Made by a program: the position numbers and the translations under genes. A stretch of 64,000 nucleotides of DNA from Catajapyx aquilonaris (taxonomy: Eukaryota), in assembly GCA_000934665.2 (NCBI GenBank), contig KZ537969.1:124001-188000 (forward strand), in the 5' to 3' direction. Below the pieces are notes generated by a model that did no database searches, had not been told where the DNA came from, and saw only the letters and a program-made list of their open reading frames with translations. Positions 51,150 through 63,603 of this stretch are shown one piece after another (within the stretch, counting starts at the first letter, position 1; the number at the start of each line of letters is the position of its first letter).

Positions 51150-54114
51150 TGTAATTCTTAATGAAACATGAATTATGAATACATACACTTCATATCAGCA
51201 TGTGTTACAATTACGTATGCACGATGGCAATTACCCACGCGATAACGAGCAAATAAATGAGTCAGGAAGCTAGAGCACTAGTTGGACGAAATAGATATAT
51301 TTTATGGAGGTTGTGACCTCTTTGTCATTCGGGTATGGCAGGTGTGGCATGACGAGTGTGAAGACTTTACTAACGGATCCATGTCTCATTTCCTGAGGCG
51401 CGGGTTACGCTTGAAGGAACCGGACACCAACTTTTATTCTGTGAATATGAAGACGGTTAGTGTATGTGGCCGCATGACTGGATGCGAACTGTAAACTGGA
51501 GCATTTCGTGCAAGAGGCCGATACACTAATATTATACTGATGAGCCTCATTTTTTTTTCGATAACCGACATTGAGGGGGGCTTTTGTCCATCCAACCGGC
51601 CTTGAATTTGGCAACATGGGGGGGACAAACGTTCTCATCAGACAAACCCAGCTGTTCCAGGTGGTCCCTATTCTTCAGTGGATTTAAAGTTCCAGCCAGC
51701 AAAAGGGAAAGTTGAGATGTCCAGTAATAAAAAGCCGGCAGTATAATCAAGAAACCGCGGAGGTTATGCATATAAAATGACAGTTTAATTGCAATAATAG
51801 CAAAAAAAAGCGACTGTCAAAATGACGACTGTAAATGTTCAAAATCCGAAATTCGTTTCCTGGGACTGCCAACTATTATTACCGGGTATTTTGTATGCAA
51901 CCCGGGTTGCATGCATGTTCCGGAAGAATCTTCAGTTTTTTTTTATCGTTAGTCATCACTTAGCATGAGCATTTACTACGCAGTCAACTGTCAAGTTAAA
52001 GTCTCGTTGTATAATTCTACACTCTCGGTATGGTCGGCATCTATGAATACGGGTAGCGTCATATTTTTGCATGGGCAACGACCACTGTTTGTCACCAACC
52101 GAGGTCTTCTCCCTGGAGGCAATCCAACCAAAACAGTGTGGTCTGGATGCCCTTTTGTTTCCCCCATTCGACGAACCATTGCCCATTCATACCCGGTCAT
52201 TGCCCGTACGCGTAAATGTCACAGTGTTGAAAATTTTGGGGGGACTAGAGAGCCCATCAGCAATAACTGTCCTTGGCCATATGTTCAGGAGGGTTCCTCA
52301 ACCGCCCACGACCCTCTTAGCCATCACCCCCTACATTATATTTTTTTGGACGAAGGGGGCACGCGTCCTGCCACGCGACCCAAACATCTGCTACCCGTAC
52401 CAACCCAACAGTGGAAGAATCACAATGGTAACGGTTCTTCGGGGATGTCTTGTCCCCTGTAGATATTTGCACGGCGGTGTCAGTGACATGAGCTGGATTT
52501 GTGCCCACATGTCCACGCCCCAGAAGTCAGGGATTGTCGAAATATTGTGGCGGAGACAATGGGACGAGTGGTGCAGGGCTGTGCACATAAATATGCGCTT
52601 TTACTTTCAGTTTATTGTTCTCCAGTTCGCGGATTGTCATGGAAGAGATCCTGGCTTGTAGGCATCCCGGGTGTCACGAGTGACGCATTGGATGGGTGAC
52701 ATTCAGGCGTTTTTACGTTACAGAACTGGTTTTAAGTTAGCGAGACTTGTTGAATGTTCCAAATGATTTATTGCATTGTTGTTGTAATTTGCATAGTAAT
52801 TACGACAATGTTCGCAGGGATCGAATATGTATTTTTGGTCACTGTCGTTCACATTTCTACCAGCATTGTATATCAATACCATATTGTAAGGACCAAATTA
52901 CTGCGTAAAAATGTAGAATGTATTTTTATGTATGCACTAGTACATATATGCAATGATGCAAATCAAATCGTGCTAGCAAACTGCTCTGACGCACGTTTTC
53001 CAGTTGCCCTTTATAACGCGGCCATTATAGATATAGGCACAGCATCATTCTCTCTATTATACCCATTTAGAAATGCTATGAAGCACAACTTCTAGGAATT
53101 GCAATGATTCGGAGGCCAATGTGGAAATCGCCGCCGTGCTTTTTCATAATCGTCTCACGGCACGGTAAAGCGGATATGATAGAGTATACAAAGTCTCAAA
53201 GGATCCGACGAATGCAGACTGAGATCTAGGCCACATATACCGTCGAATCCATATAACCTGTTACACGTGCAGGCTTCTACTAAAAAGTAATAAAGATAGC
53301 CTAGAATGATAAATCTAAATGAATAAAATTCTAAGTACTTTTTATACAGGTTTACAAAAATAGTGCTGGTACACTAAAGAGAGGGACCACAAGTTGGGCC
53401 ACAAAAATCAGACATTTACCAACTAATTCCCTCAGTTCTATAGTCACACACGTATCATCATTATTTCGATTAATCAGCAGAGGGGTATATAGAGGTCATC
53501 TTTGAGGATTTGGATCAATTTGGCTCAGATTGATCTTGGTGTTGCATCAGACAAGTCGGATCTAATAGTGGCGAAATAATTGAAAATGAGGCTACTTTTA
53601 TACCGATCTATAGACAGCTAATTTTCAAGTCGAATGGTTATCTGCTTGTAAGTTGAGATCACAATTAATATTATTTTCAAGAACGGATTTTGAAATTAAG
53701 ATATTCACATCTGTTGTATATATAGTGGAGACTGTTGGAGATAGAAAATTGAATTGAACAATACTTGTTGTACCCTATATACGTAATGCAATAAACACGA
53801 CGTTTTCAGTAATTTTCTTGCCTTCACAACTCTCACTGCAATGAATAACTTAAAACTTCAGTAAATTGGCGACTTTGTGCTTGTCAGTAGCGTGTGGAAT
53901 CGATCAGAGACAGTTGAAGGCACCTGTACAGTATACATATGGTGTAGCAATCACGCAATTTTCAAGGAAAAGTCGTCAGATGGTAACGTCTTATACAAGT
54001 AGTTGAGTGTAGACACAGAGGGAAAGTGTTGCAATCAGTAGTCGGTTTACTTCTAGACTATTCTCGCTCCGGATTTTATAGAAAAAAAAGTACACTATCA
54101 GCCAAAGTGTCACA

Positions 54115-55884
54115 ATGATGGTCTCATGCGGAAGTGTCACGTGTGTACTCATCTTCTTTACTGGTGTTGTCCACGCAAAGGTCAGTCTCGTGCCTCATGA
54201 TCAGGACTCTGAAGAAAGATTGTTTGCCGAGACAGTGTCCAAGATTCAAGAGGCGGATGGCAGGCTGACCAACTGCTCTGTTGCCATCCTTCATGACGAA
54301 CTAGTGCTGCCAACTGGACTGTCGCCACTGACAACAAGTGTCAACACGTCTATTGTCATTGCTTCCAGCATGCATCGGATTGCAGGAGGGAACAACAATC
54401 CACTGGTGTTGCAGAGGTCGGGACAGTGCTTCATGACTGTCATTTACTCGCATTCAAACGCATATCAAAAAGTGAATTATGACTTATTTGTTGTGGCATT
54501 GAAGTATCCTCGGGGACTGCGTAATTTTAATATTTATCACATCAAAGAAGGGTTGACTACAAAAACTATAAAAGTAGAACTTGAGTGTATGATGAACCGA
54601 GTTGGAATCGACCGGTTTGAGCGGATAAATGGCGAGACACGATTTAGAGTCATCTCGCCTTGTTATTTTTGCGACAATGGAAACTACTCTATGACTATCA
54701 GAAAGAACGTGACATCCGTGGAAACAGCATTTCCTGAATTGGGCACTGTCAACTTCAACGGAAGAAAACTTATCATATGCCACTGTTTTACATACATTAA
54801 TGATATATTTCAGGATTATTTAAATTACCAAACCATAAATTCCGACATTATGAAAAGGTATTCATTTTGCCACCAGCAAATTATGACATTATCTGCAATT
54901 CAGCGTGGCTTTACTTACACTCATCCATATGAAATTAGAAAGATTCTTATAATAACTAAAAGAAATGCAATTCACACTGTATGGGCATTGCATTTGATGC
55001 CATTTAAGTGGACAGTCGCACTTCTCTTGCTGATTGCTGTTGGGATGGTCACCACGGTTATATTTTGCGCCTCTTACAGAAGATGCACCGAGGTGAAATT
55101 GTCCGAGTGGATGAAAACATTCCTCCTGGACACCTTACCTCCTCTCCTGGGACAAGGTCCGGGACTGAAGGAGATGACCCCTCCTGTGAAATTACTAGTG
55201 TTTGTGTACCTTTACTTCTGCCTGCTGCTTTCCAATTACTTCACGATGGATATGGTCGGAAACATGGTGACCCAACCTATGAAGAATGTGGACACTTTGA
55301 AGGATTTGATTGATATGAAATACAGGTGGGGATCCCTGGGTCAGCAGTCATACTACAATGTAATCAGCAACACTACTACCAGTGTGATACATAAGGAAAT
55401 TGCAACCAATTTAGAAATGATATATCCAACTGCAAATTATTATTTTTCTTCCTTGGAGAAATGCATAAGCATTGCCCTTACACAGAAGTACGCCTGTTTG
55501 GTAGAAGACGGATACTGGCAATATTCTTTTAATGTTGACAGTGACCTACACGTTGACCAGCTTTACATTTCGGAGAGTGACCTCCCATATGTGATGGTCG
55601 CCCTGAGGATGAGTAAATACTCAGTCATGTACGAATCTCTGAATAGAGCGTCATTGATTTTGGTTGACATGGGTCTGCTTAGTGGTGTGATGCGCATGGA
55701 ATTGGATTCTGATGCATACGTGTACCAGATGAAGTGGTTCAGGGCAGGGGTTTTGCGTCCGATTGAGGAAAACGGCCCACAACGCTTCCAACTTACCCAG
55801 TTGAAGGCTCCATTTCAGTTGCTGTTGTCTGGTGTAGGATTTTCTATCATATGTTTCATAGTAGAAGTGTTGCGTAAGTCGTAA
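54115..55884 (+). CDS. Divergent ionotropic (chemosensory) receptor of the iGluR-related IR family, intronless, 589 aa
   Basis: Signal peptide; PF.W + M1; pore LLGQG; M3 region LLLSNYFTMDMVGNM; VDTLKDL; LVDMGLL; LTQLKAPFQLLLSG + M4 ending FIVE. Confidence 0.85.
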   Translation: MMVSCGSVTCVLIFFTGVVHAKVSLVPHDQDSEERLFAETVSKIQEADGRLTNCSVAILHDELVLPTGLSPLTTSVNTSIVIASSMHRIAGGNNNPLVLQRSGQCFMTVIYSHSNAYQKVNYDLFVVALKYPRGLRNFNIYHIKEGLTTKTIKVELECMMNRVGIDRFERINGETRFRVISPCYFCDNGNYSMTIRKNVTSVETAFPELGTVNFNGRKLIICHCFTYINDIFQDYLNYQTINSDIMKRYSFCHQQIMTLSAIQRGFTYTHPYEIRKILIITKRNAIHTVWALHLMPFKWTVALLLLIAVGMVTTVIFCASYRRCTEVKLSEWMKTFLLDTLPPLLGQGPGLKEMTPPVKLLVFVYLYFCLLLSNYFTMDMVGNMVTQPMKNVDTLKDLIDMKYRWGSLGQQSYYNVISNTTTSVIHKEIATNLEMIYPTANYYFSSLEKCISIALTQKYACLVEDGYWQYSFNVDSDLHVDQLYISESDLPYVMVALRMSKYSVMYESLNRASLILVDMGLLSGVMRMELDSDAYVYQMKWFRAGVLRPIEENGPQRFQLTQLKAPFQLLLSGVGFSIICFIVEVLRKS

Positions 55885-56113
55885 ATTCAGATTTTACAAG
55901 GAGTGACGTAAAGTACATTTCTTCAATCTTCATACGACAAGTGCTTAGATATGTACTCATTAAATTCATAAGGCTTTATAGATTCCTAATATGTTCTTGT
56001 ACATTCAATCTTTTTTTCATTTGAGAAGCATAGCATACGTAAGTGTATATCGCAGTGGGACTGGCTTGACAAAATAATGGCAGCAAAATGTTTCGCGGGC
56101 TTCGTGTTACTGC

Positions 56114-56383
56114 AATACTTGTTGTAGATGTGTACAATAAACAAGACGAGGTTTTCTGTAATTTTCTTGCCTTCACAACTCTCCACTGCAATGAATGACT
56201 TAAAGGCCTGCGTCATCATTATTTCCGACTTTGTGCTCGTCAGTTAGCGTATATGGAATCGATCAAAGATATTTGTCCGTCCGATTGATGAAACGAACCG
56301 CAACGTTTCCAATTGAATCCATTGAATGGAGGTGTAGGAATCGCCTTCATATGTTTCATATACGAAATGGTGTGTAAGTCATA
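56114..56383 (+). pseudogene. Collapsed tandem duplicate of the IR gene (upstream region fused to the last codons)
   Basis: 56114-56270 resembles 53759-53915; 56278-56383 resembles 55756-55884. Confidence 0.75.
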
Positions 56384-57214
56384 TATTAAATTGAACCGCA
56401 TGCGCCTGTGCTGTACCTAAGTAAGCTTACATCCGTTTTGATTTTGAAATTTCTCGGATAAATGTTTATCATCTTGATCAGAGAACAGAAGTGTAATGAA
56501 CGATTAATTTATATCGCCGAAATGAAACTTTAACCCGATAGGACTATACTCTGTAAATATTGAAACAGCGAAACCTTTGCATTAGCTGCGGAGTCAATGA
56601 AAAATGTCAGTTAGCTGCGACAAAAATAAACCAAATAAAACGCGCCATATCTGTGGTCATTTAGTGTCATCACAAGTTGAGTGATTTGTCTTTGGAATGA
56701 TAATCCCTCCATGTTATCAGTTACACCACGCGGGTTGTTTATCCTAAGAGATTGATGACCGTGCGTAATGCGAACGTGATCTGGTTTCGTGAACCCCCTA
56801 GTTTATATGCCGGATACGGATGAGAAAACATCGGTTGCATCATTCTCCCATAGAGATAAGCCACGTGGGCTGTATTATAAGGCCAAGTTGGAGGTCATGT
56901 AATTCATGTCTTGAAATTACAATTGACGTCATTGACTGCACAGATTGTAACATTGTACATTTACAGTCGGCTATACACTTGACACATTGTAATGGGGAAA
57001 CGAGCAGTTACAGCACGGGAAGTGAAGCCCACGTGATCGCTCATTAGTTTAAACTTTAGACCTGTCACTGTTCAAGGTCCGTGTCATCAAAGATATGTCC
57101 CGCCGATGGGGACACCAGTCTGATTCTGGGTTTGAATCGTAGTTGACTTGCCAAAGTTTTGCGCAGAATCTGTTGTGATCGATACAACGACCAGCTGATT
57201 TCCAGGTGTCCAAG

Positions 57215-60200
57215 ATGTCTTCCTGCGAGGTGCCGGTGTCGGACATGTCCGGGTACGACCAACTGGGATGTCTGCACGAGATGTTTGGTCGACAAGCGAA
57301 GGAGAGCCCGGACAAGGTGGCGGTGGTGGGTCACCAGGGTCAGAAGGTCACCTTCAGGCAGTTGGAGAGGATGACCGATGCTTTGGCCACGGCTCTCAGG
57401 CATCGGGGGGTCAGGCGAAACAGAATTGTTGGGATTTACATGGAGAGGTGCCTCGAGTTTGTCGTCAGTTACATTGCCATTCTTAAAGCAGGTGAGTCAA
57501 CTTTCGTTTTCGTCATGTCTATTTCATATAACCATTTCATCCTTGCAGGTGGTGGATATCTCCCTATCGAAGTGTCTTACCCACAACCGCTCCTGGAATC
57601 TGTCTTGGAGGATGCTGAACCTGTGGTGGTGTGCACTAAGAAGCACCTGAGTGAGAGGTTGAAGGGGCAAAAGGAAGTGCTCATTTTGGATGATGACTGG
57701 TTGTCTTCACTGGAGGAAGATAATGGTAAACTACCACCCTTCACTGGCCCTCCCTTGGTTGGCCTGGATGATCTGGCTTATACGGTGTACTCCTCTGGAA
57801 CAACTGGAAAACCAAAAGGCATTCGATGTCCCCATCGAGGTGCTGTGTTTTCATACCATTGGCGGCATCTCGCATTTCCTTATGAGGAAGATGACAGGGA
57901 GGCATGTAATGTGTTCTTTGTATGGGAAATGCTGCGACCAATCCTCAAAGGTGAGTTTACCAAAAAAAATCATGGTACCGGTATGGGCCTATAAATATCA
58001 TTGAAATAATTTTGTGTGTGTTGGTAGGTGTCCCAATGTATATCATCCCTGATGATGTCATATACGATCCTCCACGGCTCTGCGAATTCTTGATGCAGAA
58101 TAGGATTACACGAATGCTCTTCACCCCATCCCTTTTGGAAGCAGTCCTGGATACACGTGGCAGCATTGACATGCAGACATCTTTCAGATCGATGAGGTCT
58201 GGATCTCCTTCACCATTTTATGTTAGTAAATGTGTGGCTCAACAGGTGCTTATGATTTTTCTTTTCTTGCAGGCAGATTTGGTTTTGCGGTGAAGTTGTC
58301 ACTGTTGGGCTGCGCAATCGTGTGATGCGAGAAATTCCACACATTCGGCTTCTCAATTTGTACAGCATATCAGAATGCCATGACATTGCATGTTCTGATC
58401 TAACCCACCTGGAAGTTGACCAGTCACAAAAATTCTGCCCAGTTGGCCGCCTTTTCCCTAAAGTTCATGTAGTGATAATGGACTCGGACTTGAACATCCA
58501 ACCTATTGGACTTCCAGGAGAAATCTATGTGGGTGGACCCACATTGGCCCTTGGTTACCTGAATCGTCCTGAACTGAATGCACAGCGTTTTGTGGATGCT
58601 GGGGATTGCAGAGTGTACCGCACTGGTGACTGGGGTTACCTGAGAAGTGACGGAGGGCTTGAGATTTGTGGTCGGTGTGACTCCATGGTTAAAATTAGGG
58701 GCTACAGCATAGAAGTACAGGCTGTTGAAGCTGCCCTGCTTGACCTGCCAATGGTCAACAGCGGATGTGTTCTGGCACTGGGAGAAGAAGGAAGCGATAA
58801 GACACTGGTGGCTTACATTCTTCCAGAGGGGAAGACCAATCGGAGGGAGGTCAGGGCTGCACTCAAAAGGCGGCTGCCTTTCTACATGATTCCAGCCAAG
58901 TTTATATTTTTGGATAGGTATGTGCATTACACATGTTGTAGTTTTTGAAAAATATTCCTACATGTATTAATTTAAAAATTTTGTGGCCAAAAAAACTTGA
59001 AATAATTTTGATGCATTTAATCAAACTCTCACATAAGTTACATTTATAACTTCCAAGTGATTTTAAATTGGAAAAGGCAATGAGCTGTTCAATTACATTT
59101 AGATTTTTCTTTCTAGTCTGCCAATTTTGGAGGCGTCGGGAAAACTGGACAGGAAAGCTCTACCAAAAGTTGACCTAGACAACATGGATGATATTGATCC
59201 TGAGGATCTCCCCTCTACTCCCATGGAGAAGAGATTGGCCAAGAGCTGGTGCGAGGTCCTTCAGCTGAAGGCCGTGGATGTTCAGGAGAGCTTCTTCGAC
59301 CTGGGAGGCCATTCCCTGCAAGCCGCTCGTCTTCTGAACTCAATAAACGAAGATACTGGGCGGGGGATAAGCATGGGAGACCTTTTTGCCCACCCAACGG
59401 TGTCTTCCATGGCATCTTTCTTGGAGGAAGCGGGGAACGGAGGTGATTCAGATGCCTTGCATCCAGATCTGCTAGCAGAAGTCGACAGGCATGATCAAGG
59501 TGTGGTCAAGATTGACATGAGACTCAGGGCATTCTGGAGATCGGTGCAGCTGGCCAGTAACAAGTGGAGTCATGGAAAGGTGCTTCTGACAGGGGCCACT
59601 GGTTTCCTCGGCTCATTTTTGCTGAGGGATCTTCTCATGATGACAAAGGTGAGACATATGTAATAATAGGGAAATTGTTACTAAAAATGCTGTTGCAAAC
59701 ACAAGGAGTATTTTATTACTAAATTAGTGTACCTGTGGCAAAAGCAGTGACCTTCATTAAATAAGAATGATTAACACCTGATCATCTTTGCAGACGACAA
59801 TCTACTGCCTGGTGAGGGAGCTTCCAGGAAGCAGTCTCGAAAGCAGGTTGATGGCAACCTGGACGGAATATGGCATCCTGGGCTCTGCCGATGACGAGTC
59901 TGAAGAGCTTCTGAAACGTTTTCAGTACAGAGTAGTTGCCATCAAGGGCGATGTCACCTTAGTCAACTTGGGAATGACAGAAGATGACTATGCTTATCTT
60001 TCCTATGAAGTGGATTTTGTAATTCATGCTGCTGCAGCAGTCAACCTGGTCTATCCATATGCTGCTTTGCATGGACCTAATGTCTTGGGAACATCAAATG
60101 TACTTGTGTTTGCCTTGAACCATAAGATCAAGCCTATCCATTACATAGGTACAAAAAAAAATTCTCTTGATTTATTATTATGGTTTTTCCTTAAAACATG

Positions 60201-62310
60201 CATTGTCCATTGCAACACAGGCACAGATGCTGTGTTCCCTCCTGGCTTGCAAGACTGCCCTGAAGATGCAGACATGAACAAGTATGCAGGCTTGCTTACT
60301 GACGGATATTCCCAGTCAAAATGGGTCGCAGAGCAGCTGATCTTGCGTGCCAGGGCTCGAGGCCTGCCAGCTGCAGTGTACAGGTGTGGCAACATGAGTG
60401 CAGAGAAGGATGCGGCCCACTGGAACTCAAAGGACTTCACACTTCTCATGCTGCAAGGCTGCGTTTTGACTGGGGCAGCCCCAATGGCTGACTGGCAGAT
60501 TGAAATGACTCCTGTGGACTTCATCAGTAAGATTTTGGTCCAGATGACGCAGAACATCATGCAGAGTCTGGGGAAGGTGTTTCACATTGTCAACAGCACC
60601 ACCATGGATTCACAGTGAGTTGTAAAGTGCTGCTATTGGCAAATACATTCTCAGGCCAGGCTTCTGGCATGATTGGAGTAATATTAATCTTTTGTTATTG
60701 CACAGAATTGCATGGCAGCTGTTGAAAGTGGAAGGTTACCCCGTAGAGGTGATTCCATTCAATGAATGGCGCAATGCAGTAGAAGAGGCAACTGTGCAGC
60801 AGCCGCAAAAGAAAGAGCTGGCCAACCTACTCAGGCTTGTTGATGACATGGTCAAGTGAGTGTAACTGACTTAATTTTCACAAAAAATATTACAGTGAAT
60901 TTGGAAAGACTGCTTGTCGCTGCAAAACGTGGGCACTGGGCATATTTTTATTGCTTATTGCTCTGCTACTTACAGAGAGGAGTCATTTTTCTCCCAACTG
61001 AGCACATTCCAGCAGAAGAATCTGACTGCTGTCCTCGAGGCAAATGGAGAGACCTACCCCCCTGTGAACGTGGATCTGCTGAAGTCGTATGTGAGGAAGA
61101 TGGCAAAGAGGGGGCTTCTTCCTCGACCTCTGCGGAAATCAATGGCACGGAGTAAGTTGACCTGCAAAATTCAAAAATGACATGAAGACAGTAATATGCC
61201 TGAATAGCTTTCTGTAAGCTGGCTAATAGGTGAAAATTAATTTCATTATTACTACTGGTTATCCTGAAGGTGATGGAAGCTCTAAAGGCAGACTTATTAC
61301 ATTCATTAACATCTTTCCTGTAGCTTCCTTCTTCCCAAGCAACCCAACCCTAATTGGGCAGGTGGCCATTGTAACTGGGGCCAGCAGCGGGATCGGCTCA
61401 GCAGTGGCTACTCATTTGGCTGCTGCTGGAGTGCGTGTTGCCCTCGTGGCCAGACGCGAGGATCTCCTCAAGGGACTCCAGAAGTCAATTGAGGAGAGTG
61501 GCGGGGTGGCTATCTGTGTAAAGGCAGATGTCCGCAGCCGCTCCCAGATGGCTGAAGCGGTCAAGCATGTGGAGAATCTGCTGGGTCCTGTGGATATCCT
61601 CATCAACAACGCAGGGGTCATGTACTACACCATGATGGCCAACTGTCGCCAGGACGAGTGGGACCAGCAGGTGGAAGTGAACATAAACGGTGTTCTTAAC
61701 GCGGTTGGGGCTGTGCTTCCAGGGATGGTTGAGAGGGAGGAAGGACACATTGTAAACATGAGTTCAGATGCGGGGAGGAAGGCTTTTGCAGGGTTAGCAG
61801 TGTATAGTGGGACAAAGCATTTTGTTGAGGGATTTTCCAGAGCCATGAGAGAGGAGCTGGTTGGAAAGGGTGTGAAGGTCACTACCATACAGCCAGGTGA
61901 CGTTGCTACAGGCCTGCATGCGAAGTCAACAGACCAGCAAGTACGTTATGCAATACTGCAACAAAAATGATCTCAAATCCGTATTAGTGGAAATTTCTTA
62001 AACACTCCTGAGCCAAGCCGCTTGCGACTCAGGCGCTAACAAAATACCCACCATTACGGATCCAGCTAGTTTTTGTTATCGTAAAATAGCCTGACAGTGC
62101 AGTACAACAGCCAACTGCCAAAAGCGTTGCAATTACTTCAAATTTTGAATGCTGATTGTATTACAGGCAAAGGAAGCATATGACTGCAGTCAACAGTATG
62201 AGATGCTCAACCCTGAGGATGTTGCAAGAGCTGTCCTATTCGCTGTGTCGCAGCCCCAACACTGCGCAATCAACGAGATCCTCATTGAGCCTAAACTTGC
62301 CCCCATTTAA
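57215..62310 (+). CDS. ATRR: NRPS-like A-T-R-R enzyme, glycine betaine reductase ATRR-like (exons 57215-57491, 57549-57950, 58028-58196, 58273-58917, 59117-59648, 59794-60148, 60221-60614, 60706-60855, 60976-61151, 61324-61940, 62167-62310)
   Basis: A domain [43 protein letters not shown] domain FFDLGGHSL; thioester reductase [10 protein letters not shown]...YSQSK; C-terminal [20 protein letters not shown]; ten GT-AG introns keep one frame. Confidence 0.9.
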
Positions 62311-62752
62311 TTCGGAGATGTTGAACCTGTTTTTCATGCTTCTAACTCTGTCACTACTAGTAGTGTGCTTCTGCTAATCAAGATTCTTCCATAATCTTTC
62401 TCATGGGTTACCTTAGTGGCGTAGCATAACGATGAAAAACCTGAAGTAATTTATTCATTTCAAATCCTGGCCAAGACAATTTTCTCACAGCACTTTATAC
62501 TTCTATAATGAAAGGTTTCAAATATATTCTCATATGCATTCCTGTCAGAATGACTTGATTCAATACGATGTATTGCACAGTTTTATTTATGACCTGGTCA
62601 AATGTGACAAAAGTCCATTTCCTGTATCATTAAAGACTTTTATTGTACTGCACTTTCCACTTATATCAATTCCTTTGAACAATATCATATTATTTACAAC
62701 AGTCATTCACAGAGTCACAAGCACATACATAGAAATTTGATGCTCAAGTCAA

Positions 62753-63450
62753 TCACGCCTTCTCCTCTTTCTCCCGGTTAAACTTTTCCAGCTCTTTCAA
62801 GAACTGCGCCTTGGGTTTCATGATGTTGGGCCTGTCTCCCCTACACTTGGGGCAGTACCACTTCCCTTTAGGCTTGGTTGCAAGTCCTACACATGAGAAG
62901 TGGAACCATTCTATCGGGCACAGGTCGTTGTCACAACCAATCATCTCTCCATAAGACACCTGGAAGCAAGATTATTAAATAGTGAGCATTTCCGAAGCAA
63001 GCTTGTGAGACATGATGACTATGTCACTTCAGATGATATGAAATCAGTCCGGTCATGCAAAAGTCCTCACCTGATCACACAGGCAGTACGTCGGTTCGTC
63101 TGGATCAATCGGGATGTCTGGCGGGGAATCTTCCCTTTCCTTCTCCTTCTCCTGCTTGCTCTTCCTCTTCTTCTTTCTGTTTCCACCCACGCCTCCCCCG
63201 ACCCCACCACCCATGCCACCTCCCCCACCTGCTCCACCTCCACCCCCTCCGCCTCCTCCGCCTCCTCCCTTCTTCGCTGATGCAGCTGAAGCAGAACATA
63301 GGGCCAGGAGGGGCTTGTCCAGGAGCAGATCCATGGCAGAATCATTGCAATGGGTGGCCTCTCCTCGAGTACGGCGGGCTCGCTTTGACTGACGCTCACC
63401 TGAGTGAAGGTCACGTGAGGAGTCCCCGTTGTCATGGTCACGACCTATGT
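62753..63450 (-). CDS. ING: Inhibitor of growth (ING1/ING2-like) PHD protein, last two exons (63450-63072, 62959-62753); continues beyond the window
   Basis: [55 protein letters not shown]; basic NLS region and poly-Gly tract. Confidence 0.92.
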
Positions 63451-63519
63451 CTTTAGTGGGAAACAAGGTTAATTAATGAGTACTCTGGCCTAATGCACAT
63501 CTTAAAGTCCGGACTTTGG

Positions 63520-63603
63520 AATAATCATTAACTAAACCATGAAGCAAATCAGGTTTCATAATCATTAACTAAATTATGAAGCAAATCAGGTTTCATAATC
63601 ATT
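63520..63603. repeat. 37-bp tandem repeat (~2.2 copies) in an ING intron
   Basis: ATAATCATTAACTAAA..ATGAAGCAAATCAGGTTTC repeated. Confidence 0.85.

Noticed and set aside
51965..52699. 165-196 aa ORFs and a GLSSPPKIFN string on the minus strand resembling a DIRS/LTR RT motif
   Set aside because: No YxDD or other RT motifs in register; probably chance or too decayed to call
57215..62310. Bacterial or fungal NRPS contaminant, Ebony, or alpha-aminoadipate reductase
   Set aside because: Ten spliceosomal introns and animal neighbours argue against contamination; there is no condensation domain; the extra C-terminal SDR and FFVWE pocket do not fit Ebony or Lys2
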